Shown here: positions 27,329 to 35,893 of the stretch, piece after piece
Position numbering within the stretch: the first letter of the stretch is position 1
How the letters are laid out: each line of letters begins with the position of its first letter
Source of the DNA: Christensenella sp. UBA4263
Lineage (GTDB): Bacteria; Bacillota; Clostridia; Christensenellales; Aristaeellaceae
DNA length: 64,000 nucleotides
Direction of reading: 5' to 3'
Assembly: GCA_002395225.1 (NCBI GenBank)
Contig: DGWH01000092.1
Location: 23,325 to 87,324 of the forward strand
Translations under genes and position numbers: made by a program
The notes under the pieces: model-generated
What the model was told of the DNA's origin: nothing
Databases searched by the model: none
What the model saw: only the letters and a program-made list of their open reading frames with translations

Positions 27329-28928
27329 ATGAAGCATTTTAATACGACAGCAGTGTGTCTTCCATCAAAGCATTACATGGTTGATCTCTCCCAGCGGGTC
27401 AAAGAAATAAAAACACTTGTCGATGAGGGAAAGTATTTCACCATCAACCGCGCGAGGCAGTATGGAAAGACAACGACTTTAACGGTTCTGAAACAAATAT
27501 TGAAAACAGAGTATCTCGTTTTGTCATTAGACTTTCAACGTGTTGATCATGATGTTTTTGAGAACGGCGCGACTTTTTCACAGGCAATGTCCCGACTTAT
27601 CATGGATGCGCATGAGTTTGAAGATGTTCCTGTACCGGAAAAAACACTCTCTGCACTCGAAGAATTGAACAACTCGGATCCTCAAAAAATAAAGATGGAC
27701 AATTTGTTCCGAATTCTGAAAAGGTGGATAAAGCATTCTGAGCAGCCAATCGTCCTTATGATCGATGAAATAGACAGCGTAACAAATAATCAGGTGTTTC
27801 TTGACTTCCTTGCTCAGCTTCGTGATGGATATATCGGACGCGATACGAATTCATCACCGGCTTTTCAGTCCGTGATTCTGGCCGGTGTAACAGATGTAAA
27901 GCATCTGAATAGCAGGATTCCTCCAGAAAATCAGCATAAGGTAAACAGTCCATGGAATATTGCTGCTGACTTTGACATTGACATGAGTCTGTCTGAGGAT
28001 GGCATCCGGGGAATGCTGGATGAATATGAAGCAGATCATCGTACTGGAATGAATACCGGAGAGATTGCAAAGTCTATCCGGGAATATACCAATGGTTATC
28101 CATACCTTGTAAGCAGAATCTGTCAGAAAATCGATACGGATCTTGTCCCCGGTGTGTTTAACTCTCCACATGATGCGTGGACACTGTATGGAGTAGATGA
28201 AGCGGTAAAAAAGATCCTTTCAGAACCCAATAACTCCCTGTTCGAGTCTCTCACAGGAAAGCTGACAAATTATCCAACGCTTCGCAGTCAGCTTCGTGCA
28301 ATTCTGATGCGCGGGGAGACATTTGCATGGCTCCCTTATAATGAAGAGCAGCAGCAGCTTTTTAATGTATGGGTTTATCCGAAATAACCACAATAGAGTA
28401 GCGCTGTCCAACAGAATCTTTGAGATGTTGTTATACGCACATTTTATTGGGGAAAGTAATCAGAATAATGCTCTGAAACAGATCGCGGCTAGGATGAAGT
28501 CGGCCTTTGTGGACGAGGAAGGCGGACTTGATATTCCGAAGATAATGGATCATTTTATCAGGGAGCATAACAGAATTCATAAAGACAAAACCGATACGTT
28601 CCTTGAAGAAGAGGGACGGGAGCGTTTCATCACCTACGTGTCAGGAATCATTAACGGAACAGGAACTTACAGCGTAGAGGAACAGCTGAGAGATTATCGG
28701 CGAACGGATCTTGTCATTCATTATTTGGGCAGAAAATATGTCATTGAACTGAAGATCTGGCACGGAGAACGATACAATTCAGAGGGCGAAAAACAATTGA
28801 CAGGATATCTTGACTACTGGAACCTGAATACGGGATATCTGCTGAGTTTCAATTTCAATAAAGAGAAAGAATCGGGAGTCAGACGGATTCAGATAGGCGA
28901 TAAAGTCCTGTACGAAGGAACGGTCTGA
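27329..28928 (+). pseudogene. Frameshifted P-loop ATPase / PD-(D/E)xK nuclease-like gene in a low-GC segment
   Basis: ORF 27257..28387 carries FNTTAVCLPSKHYMV...RQYGKTTTL and LMIDEID. ORF 28323..28928 carries RTDLVIHYLGRKYVIELKIWHGE. The two overlap in different frames around the (CAG)n/T5 tract at 28346-28363. This segment is visibly more AT-rich than its flanks. Confidence 0.7.
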
Positions 28929-29099
28929 TTGAACCAGCGATGACCACAATCGTGATCAGCGCTGACCAATGCCGCATTGGATTCAAAAAAGCAGCGGCTT
29001 CATAAGAATAAACGAGGCAAATTCAGCCTGATAAAAAGGCCGGAGTCAATAAACAAGATAGGAATCGGAGCATCCATAGCGTTGGCAACAGAACAAGTA

Positions 29100-29132
29100 G
29101 CGGCCAGTGTACACTGACCGCTGTGTTTTGTT
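29100..29132 (+). terminator. Hairpin plus U-tract just upstream of the cca-like gene
   Basis: GCGGcCAG-tgtaca-CTGaCCGC followed by TGTGTTTTGTT. Confidence 0.5.
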
Positions 29133-29147
29133 ATGACAGAGGGAAAC

Positions 29148-30530
29148 ATGGAATACAATCAGAATATTGAAATGGCACGCCGTATCGCGCAGTGTGTTGC
29201 CGGGGCAGGCGGAACAGTCTACTATGTGGGCGGAATGGTCCGGGACCGCCTGATGGGCGTCGGCCAGAAGGCACCGGATGTGGACATCGAGGTGCACGGA
29301 ATTGTCCCGGAAAAGCTGGAGGCCATTCTGGATACACTGGGCGAGCGGCAGATGTTCGGCGCCTCATTCGGGATTTACAATCTTCGTCACTATAACATCG
29401 ACATTGCCATGCCGAGGAAAGAAAAACGGACCGGGGAAAAGCATACGGATTTCCGCTGCGAGATTGATCCGTTTTGCGGAACCTACCAGGCCGCCATCCG
29501 TCGGGACTTTACCGTTAATGCCCTGATGCAGAATGTCCTGACAGGTGAAATGGTGGATCATTTCGGGGGCGTTAAGGATCTCCGGGACGGTATCATCCGG
29601 CATGTGAGCTCCGGCACCTTTGCCGAGGACGCCCTGCGCGTTCTTCGCGCAGCTCAGTTTTCGGCGCGCTTTGATTTTACCATTGCACCTGAAACCATTT
29701 CGCTGTGTTCCGGGATGAACCTGAATGCCCTGGCCGGAGAGCGTGTTCTGGCAGAAATGCGGAAGGCCCTGATGAAAGCGGACCATCCATCCGTGTTCTT
29801 CAGCCAGCTCAGGCAGATGAACCAGCTCAGCACCTGGTTTCCGGAAATCGAAGCGCTTCAGGATGTGCCGCAGTCGCCGGTCTATCATCCCGAAGGGGAT
29901 GCCTGGCGGCATACCATGCTGACCCTGGACAGTGCCGCCGCCCTTCGGAACACGGCCATGGAGCCCTGGCCGTTTATGCTCTCCGCGCTGCTTCATGACT
30001 GCGGAAAAGCCGTATCGACAATCGTAAATGAAGAAACTGGGAAAATCTCCTCCATCGGGCACGAAAACTCCGGTGTTCCTCTGGCGCTTGCCCTGATGCA
30101 TCGCCTGAAAACGGATAAAAAGACGGAGCAGTATGTGGTGTCCATGATCCGCCAGCACATGAAGCCCAATCTGCTGCCGGTACAGCATTCCCGGCCGAAG
30201 GCGTACATGCACATGTTCGATGAGGCCCTCGTCCCGGAGGATCTGATCCTCCTTTCAAAGGCGGACCGTATCGGCCAGAAGATCAGTCCTGCCGCCTTCG
30301 CTGAAACAGAAACGCTCCTGCGGGACATGCTCAGCCGTTACCGGAATGTCATTCAGAAGCAGCCAAAAGTCAGCGGAGATGATCTGATGAAAGCCGGATT
30401 CAAACCCGGGAAGGAGCTGGGACAGCTTCTTGCTTATGCGCACAAGCTCTGGCTTGCAGGAATTCCTTATGAAAATGCTCTGGATCAGACCATTCATTAC
30501 GGAAAAAAGCTGCATCGTTCTTCAGGCTGA
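29148..30530 (+). CDS. tRNA nucleotidyltransferase / poly(A) polymerase family protein with HD domain
   Basis: GGMVRDRLMG..DVDIEV nucleotidyltransferase motif, RRDFTVNAL, and an HD domain (LLHDCGK). The ATG at 29148 follows GAGGGA; an alternative ATG is at 29133. Confidence 0.8.
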   Translation: MEYNQNIEMARRIAQCVAGAGGTVYYVGGMVRDRLMGVGQKAPDVDIEVHGIVPEKLEAILDTLGERQMFGASFGIYNLRHYNIDIAMPRKEKRTGEKHTDFRCEIDPFCGTYQAAIRRDFTVNALMQNVLTGEMVDHFGGVKDLRDGIIRHVSSGTFAEDALRVLRAAQFSARFDFTIAPETISLCSGMNLNALAGERVLAEMRKALMKADHPSVFFSQLRQMNQLSTWFPEIEALQDVPQSPVYHPEGDAWRHTMLTLDSAAALRNTAMEPWPFMLSALLHDCGKAVSTIVNEETGKISSIGHENSGVPLALALMHRLKTDKKTEQYVVSMIRQHMKPNLLPVQHSRPKAYMHMFDEALVPEDLILLSKADRIGQKISPAAFAETETLLRDMLSRYRNVIQKQPKVSGDDLMKAGFKPGKELGQLLAYAHKLWLAGIPYENALDQTIHYGKKLHRSSG

Positions 30531-30552
30531 AGAATGATGCAGCTTTTCTTTT
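30508..30552. terminator. Strong bidirectional terminator between convergent genes
   Basis: A 17-bp stem, AAGCTGCATCGTTCTTCA / TGAAGAATGATGCAGCTT, flanked by an A-run and TTTTCTTTT. It overlaps the stop codon at 30528-30530. Confidence 0.8.
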
Positions 30553-30556
30553 GCAC

Positions 30557-30811
30557 TCATAAAAAGTAGTACACCGGTCTGGAGGAGAAACGTGTCCTTT
30601 GCCGGTCGAAGCGGCGCACCTGACTCACAATCCGGTCAAGTTCGAAACGGCTCAGACCCTGCTGGGGCAATTCCGTCTGCGGTCTGTCAGGCCTCGATGT
30701 CGGTTCAGAGGAAACGAACAGAGAACTGTGCGTGCATAAGAGAACGAGCAGCACAGCTGAAAAAAAGAGCAGGGGAAGCACAAGAAAGATGAAAAGAGCC
30801 GCTTTAATCAT
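30557..30811 (-). CDS. Small single-pass membrane protein (84 aa)
   Basis: MIKAALFIFLVLPLLFFSAVLLVLL TM helix followed by a charged tail. The ATG at 30811 is preceded by AAAGGAGG, which is supplied by a leader-repeat unit. Confidence 0.6.
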   Translation of the reverse strand: MIKAALFIFLVLPLLFFSAVLLVLLCTHSSLFVSSEPTSRPDRPQTELPQQGLSRFELDRIVSQVRRFDRQRTRFSSRPVYYFL

Positions 30812-30820
30812 GGAATGTTC

Positions 30821-30950
30821 CTCCTTTGCAGTCTTCAATTTGGGTCATTAGCCGGAGCAGCAATTACCTGAGGCCTGGATTTACCTAACTGTCGCTGCGC
30901 GGCAGGGCCATACCTTTGCGAGCCTCACTGTTGGTCTGTTGCCTGGATAC
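30821..30950 (-). repeat. Leader-repeat units on the minus strand (one full unit 30821-30910 plus a truncated upstream unit)
   Basis: The reverse complement reads cgcaaaggtaTGGCCCTGCCGCgcaGCGACAGTTAGGTAAATCCAGGCCTCA...ctgcAAAGGAGG. This aligns base-for-base with units B and C at 11104-11285. Confidence 0.8.
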
Positions 30951-30992
30951 CGGCCGGGCTGTCCATTGCCCGGGAACGATCTCGATGGGACA

Positions 30993-31021
30993 ATTATATT
31001 CTTCGTTTTGAAGAAAGTCAA
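30993..31021 (-). promoter_or_regulatory. Consensus promoter of the small membrane protein gene
   Basis: Minus strand: TTGACT, a 17-nt spacer, then TATAAT. Confidence 0.65.
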
Positions 31022-31048
31022 CAGGAATTTTCTTCATTTCGAAGAAAA
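30999..31048. promoter_or_regulatory. Two operator-like palindromes TTCTTC-N5-GAAGAA
   Basis: Palindrome 30999-31015 (TTCTTCgttttGAAGAA) is exactly the -35/-10 spacer. Palindrome 31028-31048 (TTTTCTTCatttcGAAGAAAA) lies just upstream of the -35. Their centres are 31 bp apart. Confidence 0.6.
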
Positions 31049-31206
31049 CGTATTGTCGTCCTTTCCCGTACGGCTCAGGCATCTTCCGGCCGAATCGGTT
31101 GGACAGCGCCTGTCGTTCATGCCGCCGGGAGCTGTCCGGAGAATTCATTCTGAAGCCTTTTTAAGCCGAAAAGGATACAAAATGAAGAAAAACTTGTCCA
31201 GGTTGA

Positions 31207-31235
31207 TTGACAGAGCGAGGGGAAATCCCTATAAT
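31207..31235 (+). promoter_or_regulatory. Consensus promoter of the XRE/S24 repressor gene
   Basis: TTGACA, a 17-nt spacer, then TATAAT. Confidence 0.65.
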
Positions 31236-31267
31236 GAAGGAGCAATTTATCAGGGACGGTGCCAGTT

Positions 31268-32023
31268 ATGTCAACCTTTTCAGAACAGCTGAAGAAAGCC
31301 CGGATCGCTGCCGGTTATACGGTCAGAGAAGCCATTGAGGCTTTTCATCAGCAGAGCATAGATATCTCGGAGAAAACCCTGTACGGATGGGAACGAGGCA
31401 TCCGGACACCGGATGCGGATGTTTTCCTGCGCCTGTGCCGGATTTATCAGATTGAATCGCTGTCCGATTTCATGGAAGGACATCAGAAACCGGTAACCAC
31501 GGAAATTGAGCGCAAATACGCCTCTCTGGATGACCATGGCCGTCGTCTGGTGAGCCTTGTGCTGGAGGAGGAATTTGAACGGGTCCATCCGGTTGTCAAG
31601 CTGAATCCCCGGGCAAAAACCGCAGACAGAAAAAACCCCGAAAAACGGAAAATGGCGGAGCTGTGGGTATCCGAACAGTCTGCCGCCGCCGGTACCGGAA
31701 CCATTCTGGACGGAGATTCCTTTGTCAAACAGTCCGTTCCGGCGGATCTGCTTGTTTCAGGGACCAGTTTTGGCGTTCCCGTGTCCGGCGACTCCATGGA
31801 ACCGCGCTATTTCGACGGCGATATTCTGCTGGTCAGCAAACAGCAGATGCCCTCCGTTGGGGAGATCGGTGTTTTCCTTCTGGATGGCAAAGGCTATGTC
31901 AAACAGCGGGGGACAAAAGAACTCATTTCGCTTAACACGAAGTATGAACCGATTCCCATGGACAATGACACCCGCTGCTTCGGCAAGGTCATCGGTGTCA
32001 TCCGGGCGGATGAACTGATGTAA
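31268..32023 (+). CDS. XRE-family HTH / peptidase S24 (LexA/CI-like) autocleavable repressor
   Basis: The N-terminal HTH is QLKKARIAAGYTVREAIE..LYGWERG. The C-terminal S24 domain has catalytic GDSMEP and a downstream Lys (YVKQRG). An alternative GTG start is at 31259. Confidence 0.8.
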   Translation: MSTFSEQLKKARIAAGYTVREAIEAFHQQSIDISEKTLYGWERGIRTPDADVFLRLCRIYQIESLSDFMEGHQKPVTTEIERKYASLDDHGRRLVSLVLEEEFERVHPVVKLNPRAKTADRKNPEKRKMAELWVSEQSAAAGTGTILDGDSFVKQSVPADLLVSGTSFGVPVSGDSMEPRYFDGDILLVSKQQMPSVGEIGVFLLDGKGYVKQRGTKELISLNTKYEPIPMDNDTRCFGKVIGVIRADELM

Positions 32024-32053
32024 GCCCCGGCAGCAAAATCCCTTCCAAAACCA

Positions 32054-32094
32054 AAAGAGACAGCGACCTCATCAGGCCGCTGTCTCTTCTTTTG
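32054..32094 (+). terminator. Terminator after the repressor gene
   Basis: AAGAGACAGCG, a 12-nt loop, then CGCTGTCTCTT followed by CTTTTG. Confidence 0.7.
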
Positions 32095-32103
32095 CAATTG
32101 TGC

Positions 32104-32132
32104 TTTACCGGTCATGGAACAAATGATATAAT
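32104..32132 (+). promoter_or_regulatory. Promoter of the amino-sugar cluster
   Basis: TTTACC, a 17-nt spacer, then TATAAT, with a TG extension (TGaTATAAT). Confidence 0.55.
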
Positions 32133-32219
32133 CGTAACGCATTTTATTGATCCGAATTTGCACAATATCCGAAATCCTGCGATTTCGTTTTTCTTCGGAT
32201 ACAGAAAGGAAAATAGAAA

Positions 32220-33455
32220 ATGGATAATATGGGCAGGCCCCTTAAAAAAAGAACCATTACCTTCAGTCCGCCGGATATCTCGGAGGCTGAAATTCAGGAA
32301 GTTGCAGAGGCTTTGCGCTCCGGCTGGATTACCACCGGTCCGCGCACAAAAGAACTTGAACGCCGGCTGGCGGACTATTGTCATACGGAGAAAATGGTCT
32401 GTCTGGCCTCTGCCACCGCTGCGGAAGAACTGAATTTCCACGTTCTGGGCCTGAAGCCCGGTGACGAAGTCATTGTCCCGGCCTACACCTATACTGCAAC
32501 TGCCTCGGCCGCCATTCATCTCGGGGCCACGGTTCGCCTGATTGACTCTCAGCCCGGCACCTTCGAAATGGATTATGCGCAGATGGCAGATGCCATTAAT
32601 GAACACACGAAAGCCGTCGTTCCGGTGGACCTGGGCGGAATCATGTGCGATTATGATCAGATTCATGCGGCGGTCGAAAGCAAAGCACATCTGTTCCATC
32701 CGGAGGGGAAAATCCAGGAAGCCCTTGGACGGGTTGCCATTGTGTCAGACTGTGCGCATGCACTGGGTGCCGTACGAAAAGGGGCAATGGCCGGTTCAGC
32801 GGAGGTCAGTGATTTTGCCAGTTACAGTTTCCATGCGGTCAAGAACTTTACGACAGCCGAGGGAGGCGCGGCCACTTTCCGGCCGCTGCCCGGTGTCGAC
32901 GCGAATGAGATCTATCATCTCTACCAGCTGCTGAGCCTGCACGGGCAGTCAAAAGACGCCTTTTCAAAGGAACACGCCGGTTCCTGGGAATATGATGTCA
33001 TCGCGCCCTGGTACAAATGCAACATGACTGATGTCATGGCCGCCATCGGTCTCCGGCAGCTGGACCGTTATCCGGGCATGATTGAGCGCCGGCATGCCCT
33101 GATCCGCCGCTACGATCAGATGTCGGAACGGCTTTCCCTGGGGCATCTGCAGCACACCGGTCCGGATTTCAGGAGCTCAGGACACCTCTATCTAACCCGG
33201 ATTCCCGGAGCAGACGCGGAGGAACGCAACCGGATTATCGCCGAAATGGCCGTGCGGGGAATTGCCTGCAACGTCCATTATAAGCCCCTCCCGATGATGA
33301 CGGCTTACCGGAATCTCGGATGGCACATTGAGAATTTCCCCAATGCCTATGACTATTACCATAACCTGATCTCTCTGCCGCTGAATACACGGCTGAGCGA
33401 TGAGGATCAGGAATACATCATCGAGAATTACACCGACATTCTTGAGCACCGCTGA
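32220..33455 (+). CDS. DegT/DnrJ/EryC1/StrS-family sugar aminotransferase
   Basis: PLP-lysine motif SFHAVKNFTTAEGG, plus the ALRSGWITTGPRTKELE N-terminal motif. Confidence 0.85.
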   Translation: MDNMGRPLKKRTITFSPPDISEAEIQEVAEALRSGWITTGPRTKELERRLADYCHTEKMVCLASATAAEELNFHVLGLKPGDEVIVPAYTYTATASAAIHLGATVRLIDSQPGTFEMDYAQMADAINEHTKAVVPVDLGGIMCDYDQIHAAVESKAHLFHPEGKIQEALGRVAIVSDCAHALGAVRKGAMAGSAEVSDFASYSFHAVKNFTTAEGGAATFRPLPGVDANEIYHLYQLLSLHGQSKDAFSKEHAGSWEYDVIAPWYKCNMTDVMAAIGLRQLDRYPGMIERRHALIRRYDQMSERLSLGHLQHTGPDFRSSGHLYLTRIPGADAEERNRIIAEMAVRGIACNVHYKPLPMMTAYRNLGWHIENFPNAYDYYHNLISLPLNTRLSDEDQEYIIENYTDILEHR

Positions 33456-33545
33456 AAGACAGACGTTTGCTGAACGGATCATGCACGGGGCTGCCCTGGG
33501 ACAGCAGATCTAACAGATGCTCACCTGAAAGAGGGAGGGAAACGA

Positions 33546-34505
33546 ATGAAAATTGTCTGGATCGGCTTTCACGAGGAAGGACTTGACGCGTTTCGTCAGG
33601 TTCTTGAGGCCGGAAAGCAGGTAGATGCCTTTATTACGCTGGATGATGAGGCGTTCGAAAAGAGAAGCGCGGGCACCAGAGGCTATCGGGCATACTGTCA
33701 ACAGTATGGCGTGGCCTATCTGCCGGTGCACACGATCAAGGGGGAGGAGGCGTATGAAATTCTTCGCCGGTATCAGCCGGACCTGCTGATTGTGCTGGGA
33801 TGGAGCGAAATTCTCCCCGAACGGCTGCTTGACATTCCGTCCATCGGAACCATCGGAACACACGCCGCCCTTCTGCCGCATAACCGGGGAAGTGCACCGG
33901 TAAACTGGGCCCTGATCCGCGGCGAGACGGAATGCGGCAACACGCTGATGTGGCTCAGCAAGGAAGTCGACGCCGGCGATATTATCAGTCAGCGGGCATT
34001 TCCGATCACCCCGTATGATTCCTGCAAGACACTTTATGACCAGGTCGCCAGAACGGATGCCGAGATGACTCTGGAACTCATCGAGGCACTTGAATCCGGG
34101 ACGATGCCGCCAAAACCCGCGCTCAGAGATGTGGGGGATGAACCGATTCTGCCGCGGCGGCGGCCCAAGGACGGGCTCCTGAACTGGGAACAGAGCGGAC
34201 AGAAAATCTACAATTTCATCCGGGCACTGACGGAGCCGTATCCGGGCGCCTTTACCTTTCTGAACGGCCATCGTTACCTCATCTGGCGTGCCGTACTGCT
34301 GCCGCTCCACAGCGGCCTGAACGGTCTTGGGCCGGGAGAGATTGGCGGCAGCTGTTACGCCTTTCATCCGGAAAACTGCGGCATTCTTGTGGGCACGGAG
34401 GATGATCTCCTGATGATTACGGAGATTGAAGACGAGAACGGCGTGCGCTATACCGGAGAAGCGCTGCACAATCTTGACCTGAAGGGAGTATTTGGCAATG
34501 AGTAA
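33546..34505 (+). CDS. Formyltransferase (Fmt/ArnA-N-terminal-like)
   Basis: HAALLPHNRGSAPVNWALI (the HxSLLPxxRG-type motif) and the downstream aspartate region EVDAGDII. The size and a C-terminal domain are like Fmt. Confidence 0.75.
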   Translation: MKIVWIGFHEEGLDAFRQVLEAGKQVDAFITLDDEAFEKRSAGTRGYRAYCQQYGVAYLPVHTIKGEEAYEILRRYQPDLLIVLGWSEILPERLLDIPSIGTIGTHAALLPHNRGSAPVNWALIRGETECGNTLMWLSKEVDAGDIISQRAFPITPYDSCKTLYDQVARTDAEMTLELIEALESGTMPPKPALRDVGDEPILPRRRPKDGLLNWEQSGQKIYNFIRALTEPYPGAFTFLNGHRYLIWRAVLLPLHSGLNGLGPGEIGGSCYAFHPENCGILVGTEDDLLMITEIEDENGVRYTGEALHNLDLKGVFGNE

Positions 34506-35157
34506 CGTTCTTGTAATTGCCGCGCATCCGGATGATGAACTGCTGGGCGTGGGCGGTACGGTTGCTTTGCACGCCAGAAAGGGAGACCGGATCAAAACCA
34601 TCATCATGTGTGAAGGGGAATCGCTGCGTTACGGTCACAGCGTGGGGCAGAGCACGGCAACCCGGGAGGCCGCCCGGATTCTCGGCGTGGAGGAGGTCAT
34701 CCAGCCGGGGTTCCCGGATCAGCGTCTGGATACCTTTACGCTGACAGACCTGATCACCCCGATTGAACAGGTTTCCGAACAGTTCCATCCGGACATCGTC
34801 TACTGCCAGTGCGGATATGATGCCAACCAGGACCATCAGCGGCTGTTCGAGGCCGCCAATATCGCGCTTCGGCCTACCAGCGAATGGATCAGGGAACTGT
34901 ACACCTTCTATACCGGCAGCAGCACGGAATGGGGATATCCGAGAAAATTTGCGCCGGATACCTGGGTGGATATTACGGACGTCCTGGAAACGAAAATTCA
35001 GGCATTTGAGCAGTACACCAGCGAGGTTAAACCCTATCCTCATCCGCGCTCCTCGGAAGCCCTGCGCCATCAGGCGGCGTTCTGGGGAAATCAGGTTTGC
35101 ATGCCGGCTGCGGAGGTCTTCATGACGATCCGGCGGATCCTGCGGAGGGACAGCTGA
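34498..35157 (+). CDS. PIG-L/LmbE-family N-deacetylase
   Basis: VIAAHPDDELLGVGG motif. It overlaps the upstream gene by 8 nt (the listed ORF starts at TTG 34492). Confidence 0.8.
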   Translation: MSNVLVIAAHPDDELLGVGGTVALHARKGDRIKTIIMCEGESLRYGHSVGQSTATREAARILGVEEVIQPGFPDQRLDTFTLTDLITPIEQVSEQFHPDIVYCQCGYDANQDHQRLFEAANIALRPTSEWIRELYTFYTGSSTEWGYPRKFAPDTWVDITDVLETKIQAFEQYTSEVKPYPHPRSSEALRHQAAFWGNQVCMPAAEVFMTIRRILRRDS

Positions 35158-35828
35158 TGCAAAGAGCCCTTAAATGCCTTCTGGACCGTCTGCTTGCCCT
35201 GCTCAGCCTGATCATCCTCTCTCCGGTTTTCCTGATTGCCGCCATCGGCATCAAGTGCTCCAGTCCCGGGCCGATCATTTACAAGGCACAGCGAATGGGG
35301 AAGAATATGCAGCCCATGGTGATCTATAAGTTCCGCTCCATGCATGTGGGGATGGAGAATCAGGGCGCCATTACAGGCCGGCGTGACCCGCGCGTTTTTG
35401 CCTTCGGATCTTTTCTGCGCAAGACAAAAATCGATGAACTTCCGCAGCTTCTGAATATTCTCTTCGGGACCATGTCCATCATCGGTCCCCGGCCGGAGGA
35501 CATTGACATTGTCCGGCGGTATTATACCGATGAGGAAAAACGAACCCTGGATGTGCTGCCAGGGCTTGCCTGTCCCGGCAGCATTTTCAACTACACGCAC
35601 GGTGATCTGTATCTGACGGACGAGGGGACCGATGAGGCCTATGTAAACCGCTTCCTTCACGTCAAGCTGGCGCTGGATCTGTATTATATTGATCACTGGT
35701 CCCTGGGGTATGATATCAGCATCATCTTCAGGACACTGGCTGCCATCCTTCACACGGCAGTGTCAAGCAAACAGATGCCCCCGCCGCTTGAATACCGTGC
35801 CGTCTTTGGTCAGCGCCCGATTCCCTGA
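35157..35828 (+). CDS. Small polyprenyl-phosphate sugar-phosphate transferase (PglC/WbaP C-terminal type)
   Basis: It has one N-terminal TM, then SPGPIIYKAQRMGKN, KFRSM, DELPQLLNIL.G.MSIIGPRP. The ATG overlaps the preceding stop (TGATG at 35155-35159). Confidence 0.85.
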   Translation: MQRALKCLLDRLLALLSLIILSPVFLIAAIGIKCSSPGPIIYKAQRMGKNMQPMVIYKFRSMHVGMENQGAITGRRDPRVFAFGSFLRKTKIDELPQLLNILFGTMSIIGPRPEDIDIVRRYYTDEEKRTLDVLPGLACPGSIFNYTHGDLYLTDEGTDEAYVNRFLHVKLALDLYYIDHWSLGYDISIIFRTLAAILHTAVSSKQMPPPLEYRAVFGQRPIP

Positions 35829-35857
35829 ATCCGCGTCATGTACACACCCGTCCGAAA

Positions 35858-35892
35858 CGGAAAAAAGAGGAGCTCAAGCTCCTCTTTTTCCG
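35858..35892. terminator. Bidirectional terminator between the sugar cluster and recX
   Basis: GGAAAAAAGAGGAGCT-ca-AGCTCCTCTTTTTCC. Confidence 0.75.
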
Positions 35893-35893
35893 T

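Noticed and set aside
30885-31292. ORFs of 87 aa (minus strand) and 117 aa (plus strand) in the divergent intergenic region.
   Set aside because: Both run across the mapped promoters, operators and repeat units. Neither has a convincing RBS or recognisable motifs.
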